Shown here: positions 58,518-64,000 of the stretch, one piece after another | How the letters are laid out: each line of letters begins with the position of its first letter | How positions within the stretch are numbered: position 1 is the stretch's first letter | The notes under the pieces: model-generated | Seen by the model: only the letters and a program-made list of their open reading frames with translations | What the model was told of the DNA's origin: nothing | Databases searched by the model: none | NCBI GenBank assembly: GCA_030704615.1 | Contig: CM060732.1 | Location: 5,704,001 to 5,768,000, forward strand | DNA length: 64,000 nucleotides | Direction of reading: 5' to 3' | Origin: Takakia lepidozioides | Lineage: Eukaryota; Plantae; Bryophyta | Program-made: the position numbers and the translations under genes

Positions 58518-58940
58518 TGACACAGCCTATCACAGCCCATCAAGGCCAAAGCACAGCCATCACAGCCATTCAAGGCAAAGCACAGCCTATCACAGGCCAT
58601 CAAGGCGCAAACACAGCCTATCACAGCCCATCACGACGTGACACCAACCTTATCACAGCCATCAAGGCAAAGCACAGCCGCTCACAGCCCATCAAGGCGC
58701 AAACAAGCCTATCAAGCCCATCAGACGTGAAACAGCCTATCACAGCCCATCACGACGTGACACAACCTATCACAAGCCCAGCAAGGCGCAACCAGCCTAC
58801 ACAGCCCAGCACGGCGCAACACAGCCTATCACAAACTACCACAGCGTGTCACAGCCTATCAAGATAACCAACTGCATCACAGCCTATCACAGCGTAACCA
58901 CAGTATGACACAGTCTGTCAAACAGCTCAACACAGCCTAC
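58518..58940 (+). repeat. Tandem array (CACAGCCTATCACAGCCCATCAAGGC-like) between integrase and the 3' ORF
   Basis: About ten degenerate 30-40-bp units sharing the CACAGCC core. Confidence 0.92.
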
Positions 58941-60188
58941 TAAAGTTACACCCATCCATAGAATCAGGACAAGTGGACAAATAAAACTTCAGGAAAATAG
59001 AGACGGAAGAGGAGGGAAGGAGGGGAACGGGAATTACTTTAAAAATAGACTCGTGGAGGTCAGGGCGCGACAACAGCAGACAATGAAGTGCAAGGACAGG
59101 TGTCACCAAAGAAAGAAGACAAGAACGGCCGTCAAAAGGGATGAAAAGCCAGGCCCATTAATGAGTATGGAAAAAGGGAAACGGAACGAACGGCAAGTAC
59201 GAAAAGCCGAATTCTTGTCATGTGTGATCCTAGTGGACTATCCAAGAGGGAAAGTCCACTATAAGAAGATAAAATCTAAAAATCCAGTACAGCGGATACA
59301 GCCAATAGAAAACCAGAGAAGAGGAAATGATCAAGAAAATGGAGGGAAAATTGAGCGCAAGAGGCGGCGGTCGTTCTGAGTAACGGGCGTCTCGACAGGA
59401 CAGGGCCAAAAATGCTATAACTTGGAAACTATGGAGGAACTAACAGACTATACGCTGCAATTATTACTTACGCAGTGGCATAGACACGAAAGGACAGAGC
59501 AGAGCTTTTCTCTTGAGCAATGCTGCAAGCCCCGCGGGCTTACAAGAAATTACCATAGCTTTCTGCTGGCAACACTACGTTTAGTTTGTGCACTACAGGC
59601 ATTCCTGCAGTTGTTAAGCCAAAGAGTTCTGTGAGTTTAAAATGAAGAGAGTGAGAGGAATGGAGGAAATCAGGGTTGAAGAGCACCACGATTCTGCAGA
59701 AGCAAACACAATTGCTACCCCATAGGCGATACAGATACTGGAGGAGCTGAGATTGCAAGGATTGCAAAGCCTAGATTGGACACTAACCAAAGACAGTATG
59801 TTACAATTTTTGCAGAACTTTGAGCCAAGGACAGGAACAACAACGGTGAAGGGAGCTGAATTAATGAGTACTCCCTATTATACCTCCAGCAAGTGTTTCG
59901 ATTGCCAGCAGGTCAGGTGCATGTGGAGCAACACAGGGCAAGACCTGCAAATAGAGGACTTATTCCCAAGAAGGGAGTTTCTTTAAACTCAGGGTATGCT
60001 TGTACCAAGGCTGTGTTACCAGTGGTGTGAAAGAGGTAGGCCAGGTGGTATTGAACGTTCTGATTGCCAGAAACAGAACCAACAGTATTTGAGCAGATCC
60101 TTCACGGAGGAAATACTCAAAGGCCATGAAGGGAGGAGAGGTACAATGGCGGACATAATGTACAACGCACTGGTAGAGGAGATGAAAA

Positions 60189-60688
60189 NNNNNNNNNNNN
60201 NNNNNNNNNNNNNNNNNNNNNNNNNNNNNNNNNNNNNNNNNNNNNNNNNNNNNNNNNNNNNNNNNNNNNNNNNNNNNNNNNNNNNNNNNNNNNNNNNNNN
60301 NNNNNNNNNNNNNNNNNNNNNNNNNNNNNNNNNNNNNNNNNNNNNNNNNNNNNNNNNNNNNNNNNNNNNNNNNNNNNNNNNNNNNNNNNNNNNNNNNNNN
60401 NNNNNNNNNNNNNNNNNNNNNNNNNNNNNNNNNNNNNNNNNNNNNNNNNNNNNNNNNNNNNNNNNNNNNNNNNNNNNNNNNNNNNNNNNNNNNNNNNNNN
60501 NNNNNNNNNNNNNNNNNNNNNNNNNNNNNNNNNNNNNNNNNNNNNNNNNNNNNNNNNNNNNNNNNNNNNNNNNNNNNNNNNNNNNNNNNNNNNNNNNNNN
60601 NNNNNNNNNNNNNNNNNNNNNNNNNNNNNNNNNNNNNNNNNNNNNNNNNNNNNNNNNNNNNNNNNNNNNNNNNNNNNNNNNNNNNNNN
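60189..60688. other. Assembly gap (500 N)
   Basis: Run of N. Confidence 1.
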
Positions 60689-62431
60689 CAATTTCCGCCC
60701 CACCATCTCCATCACCTTTTGTCACTCCCAATTGTGCCCGGAAACCGGCGGTCTAACTCATGGGCATATGCCCGCTTCATGCCAAGTGCTGATCAGCCCA
60801 CTCAATGTACCAAGGGAACCACCGCGCTGCGAGTTCGAGGCGGCTTCTTCATAGGCGCCAGAACGCACCACCAGGGTCACCATGGAGATTGACCTACCAC
60901 CGGTGGCCACCACAATCTTTGCCAATCCACGTCTCTATCCCCAAGGATTTTTCCTTCTTCCCACCTCTCCCTTCTTTGTAGCCTCCTCCCTTGCTCATTG
61001 TTAACCCACATACCCTCCCCCGCATGAACACTCACCCCTTCGTCTCCAGGGATTTCTTCTTTTCTTCTTCTTTTCCTTCTCCTTCCCCGCTACCTCCTCT
61101 CTCTCCTTCTCCTTCTCCCTTCTCTCTCTCCGCAGCAGCCCCTTCATTGATGGTAAAAGGGACCTCGGGAGGTCGAGGCCTCTTCTTCTTACCTTTGGTG
61201 TTCGGGTCCTTCATGACACCACGTGCTCTCCCTCATTGGCAAACCGCACCGGACTGCGGCCCAATGAGGCCAAGAAATGTTGCTGCCTCCTGAAGACAAA
61301 ATCAACCCCCCAAATTCAACAAAAAACAACAAACAACAAAGAAGATCATGCATGCAAAGGAAAGGACAAACATAGAACAAGGTGCGACAGTTGTACCTTG
61401 CAAGCTTGGCCGACTCGCCCCCGGTGTCACCGATGTGGCAGGAGTCCCGTTGCCGGGATGTGCCGCGCTATCCCTCCCGAGCACCACTGGAGTAGATTCC
61501 AGATGTGGAGCATTAGCGGCAGCGGCGCCCCGTAGTCCAGGCCCGTCTTTGCTGACCGCTCAGGCTGAGGGGGCGGCATTGCTGACTGGCTAGGCTCTCC
61601 ACCGGCCCGTAGCTCCTCTCCCCCCATGCTCCACAAGATCAAGGCCCTCACCCGGTTGACTAATTCGAGGTGCTTCCTCAACTCAGCCACCTCATTGGCC
61701 CTCCTCATCTCCTCTTCCCTCATCCTCAACATTGGGCTAGGAACGACCACTTCCAAAGGCCCTTGAAACTGACCTTGGGCCTTGGCAAGTGCAGCCTTCG
61801 TTGTGGAGAAGGGTCGCTATAGGCGTGACATCCAAAAGTTCCCCATACCGGGGCCCCGACGGTGATGCGCTTGCCAAGGTACATTTCACCCGTCTTGGTG
61901 GCCAAGGGTGTACTCAACTGAGCATCCGGCTCAGCAACAACCTCCCGAATAGGAGAGCTGGCTGAGCCGGCCCCTGGTGCATCCAAAACGGGGACAAGAG
62001 GGGGGGTTGCTGGCCTCGGGGGGCGGACGACTCCTCCGGCTACAGCGTAGCTACGGCGTGAGCCCAGCCCCGTGAGCCTGGGAGCTGAGCTCACATTGTA
62101 GTTGCAAAGCATGAGTGGCACAAATCTGCTGGAGAAGCAGGTCCTATAGGCGAGGATTGTAGGAAGAGGGCCTATTACCGTGGACAAACAAAGGGGCCAC
62201 CATGCACCATGTCTGCAATGCCTGCACAAAAAGAGGAATATGAAAATATAGCAGATTTGAGCTCAGAATGATTGACACACTTTATTTCAATTCACAGATA
62301 GACGCTTACAATGAATGGCATGTGCATTTGCCCTGGTTCCGTGAATGATATGTATGTGTTTGTCCTAAATGCAAAGTCTTTACACGGTAACCTGGAAACC
62401 AGCATGGGAAGCGGCCATGGCTCGTATGTGT

Positions 62432-63700
62432 TCAAAGAGAATTTGGCGGAGCCCTACGTGAGGTGTCCCGCTGCAGAAGGGTGATTACTTCTCCGTAGCC
62501 TAGTGTGGCTTGGTGAATGAATTGGTCTCTCTTACCGTCGCAGCACATAATTACAAGGTATATGTAATATTGATGCTTGCAGGGGACCCACTTCCCTCTC
62601 ATGCCGAGAGCGCCCTCACGCATCGTTACAAAATCCGGACAAGTGCACGTAGGAAAATTCCCCACGGTAACTTGATATTCTTTGCCATGAAGAACTGAGC
62701 CAATAGACAGCACTGTGTAAATCCGTCCATACCCCGGGGCAGGGACTTCGGTGGTACGAGTCACCCGAACCTGCAAAATTCTAGCCGATTCCATCTTGCA
62801 TTCGTGATCTGCACCCGAAGTGACACGGCGCACTGTTTTCCATCTCTTTTTGTTGGGTGGGAGTTGGCACCGGGTGGAGGCATTGCCGGAGCATGTGGCA
62901 CATCCGTGGCGACAGTGCATGAGGGCACCACCCAGACCATGCAAGACAGAACCCTCCCTCCTCCAGCATGCTTATCTCAGTTGATGACAGCGACGTCCCA
63001 AGTTTCACAGGCCAAATTGCGGGGGGAGGAGGCTTCATTATCACCGAAGGACGAACTGTTCCCTTGACGCATCATGCCATATCGTCTGGGCAGAACCAGA
63101 ACTTGTGGTCCTTTGACTCCCCACTATGATAAGGTCGGAAATGTGAATGTTGGAGCTGGAGTCCCCCTGGAGCCTCTGCATATTTTTTATTTGCATTTCT
63201 TGAAAGAGGGGGTCCGAATTGCCATGCAAGCCACTCTAGATCCTGGTGGGGTGCGTTCTATATGCCACTCACTATCAATGCAATCAGATTCATGCACCAT
63301 GGCCACCACCTCCTCCAATGGGATTCCTGCTGTTGTGCTTGCATGATCTGCACCTGCTCCACTGGAGGAGGACCCATCTGGGAAGGGGCGGGCACACAAC
63401 TTAGTCTGCACTGGAGACACCCTTAGTACACAGAAATTGACCCTGTCCGGCCGATGGGAATCTCCATCCGACCCTGGAGGAGTTTTCAATTTCCTTTTGC
63501 ATGATCCAAATTTTTCCTCGTCTTCCAAATGGGGGAGCCTGGATTGCAAAGGGGAGCCTTCAGTGCACTTGTTCAGAGCTCTGGCCATCTTCAATGGGTC
63601 TCCAGACCTACTCGCAGCCCTTAGCATCAACAAAGTTGTATCAGGGCCCTTGCCTCCGATGTGCCATGGAAGAGGCCCCAGAGTAATATGAGATCAACCG
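62432..63700 (-). pseudogene. Transposon-associated SWIM zinc-finger protein, C-terminal part (frame breaks or introns)
   Basis: YQVTVGNFPTCTCPDF...WVPCKHQYYIYL...FIHQATLGYGEVITLL. Upstream Cys/His-containing block WHIERTPPGSRVAC...KKC, and GGKGPD..LMLRAA.RSGDP. Confidence 0.75.
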
Positions 63701-64000
63701 AAATTCGTTCAATGGGCCGACGGATGGTTGCCCATCCAAATGATTTTCGTTCGCTTTGAGACTTGGCCAATGTGTTCAATGTAACCTCTGATAGGTCCCA
63801 CTGTAATATGAGATCAATCGAAATTCGTTCAATGGGCCAATGAGGCGTTCAGTTGTCATCTGGTTTTTGTTCATTGCGAAAAAGAAATCTTGCAATGCGT
63901 GCACGGCTATTGCACCCATTGAACGGATGTGGTTGAAGCCCCTCTTTTGCCCGCATGTGCTTGAACATGTGTGCGACACATGTGCGGAGACACAACACAC

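Larger units (their letters stand above)
50720..60188 (+). mobile_element. Non-chromovirus (Athila/Tat-related) Ty3/gypsy element: putative 5' LTR ~50720-51581, extra 5' ORF, gag, PR, RT, RNaseH, IN, extra 3' ORF; runs into the gap
   Basis: Gag YSGKGDPDVHISQF...RLFPCSL...ASEWY...LKQKKHETVEEY. Zinc knuckles at 53880-53985 and about 54250-54290. PR VLIDGGSGVNIM...LLLGRPWL. RT DVFAWSYEDLKGIPPEVCQHKI, DHFPLPF, YSFMDGFSGY. RNaseH FHVHCDASG, YSTTEREAL. IN DYTTKWVEA, SDQGSHF, YYPQGNGQAE. TG at 50720, and TTATCA followed by (A)TGG at 51581. Confidence 0.92.

Noticed and set aside
59960-60892. Long ORFs in the track spanning X runs
   Set aside because: Artefacts of translating the N gap.

Overview
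Transposon-rich nuclear DNA from a land plant, probably a non-seed lineage (inferred from the TE repertoire and the PLS-type PPR). It has a 500-N gap at 60189-60688. Four apparently intact host genes lie on the minus strand: a J-domain (DnaJ) protein, Lhcb7, a secreted carboxypeptidase-Q-like M28 peptidase and an EXORDIUM/PHI-1 protein. There is also an orphan PPR fragment. The rest is nested TEs: two Ty3/gypsy elements, two inverted Ty1/copia remnants, a complete pogo-like DNA transposon and its MITE, hAT and CACTA remnants, further MITEs and LINE 3' ends. The most notable result is that two unrelated TEs each carry a DNA methyltransferase. First, a region opened by a CACTA end (from 39012) contains a spliced, stop-free beta-class amino-(N4C/N6A)-methyltransferase-like gene, flanked by a SWIM-finger remnant and a Ulp1-type SUMO protease remnant. 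Second, a gypsy element has a decayed C5-cytosine methyltransferase domain between protease and RT, and a PHD finger on the integrase C-terminus. All calls come from manual reading and translation; no searches were run.
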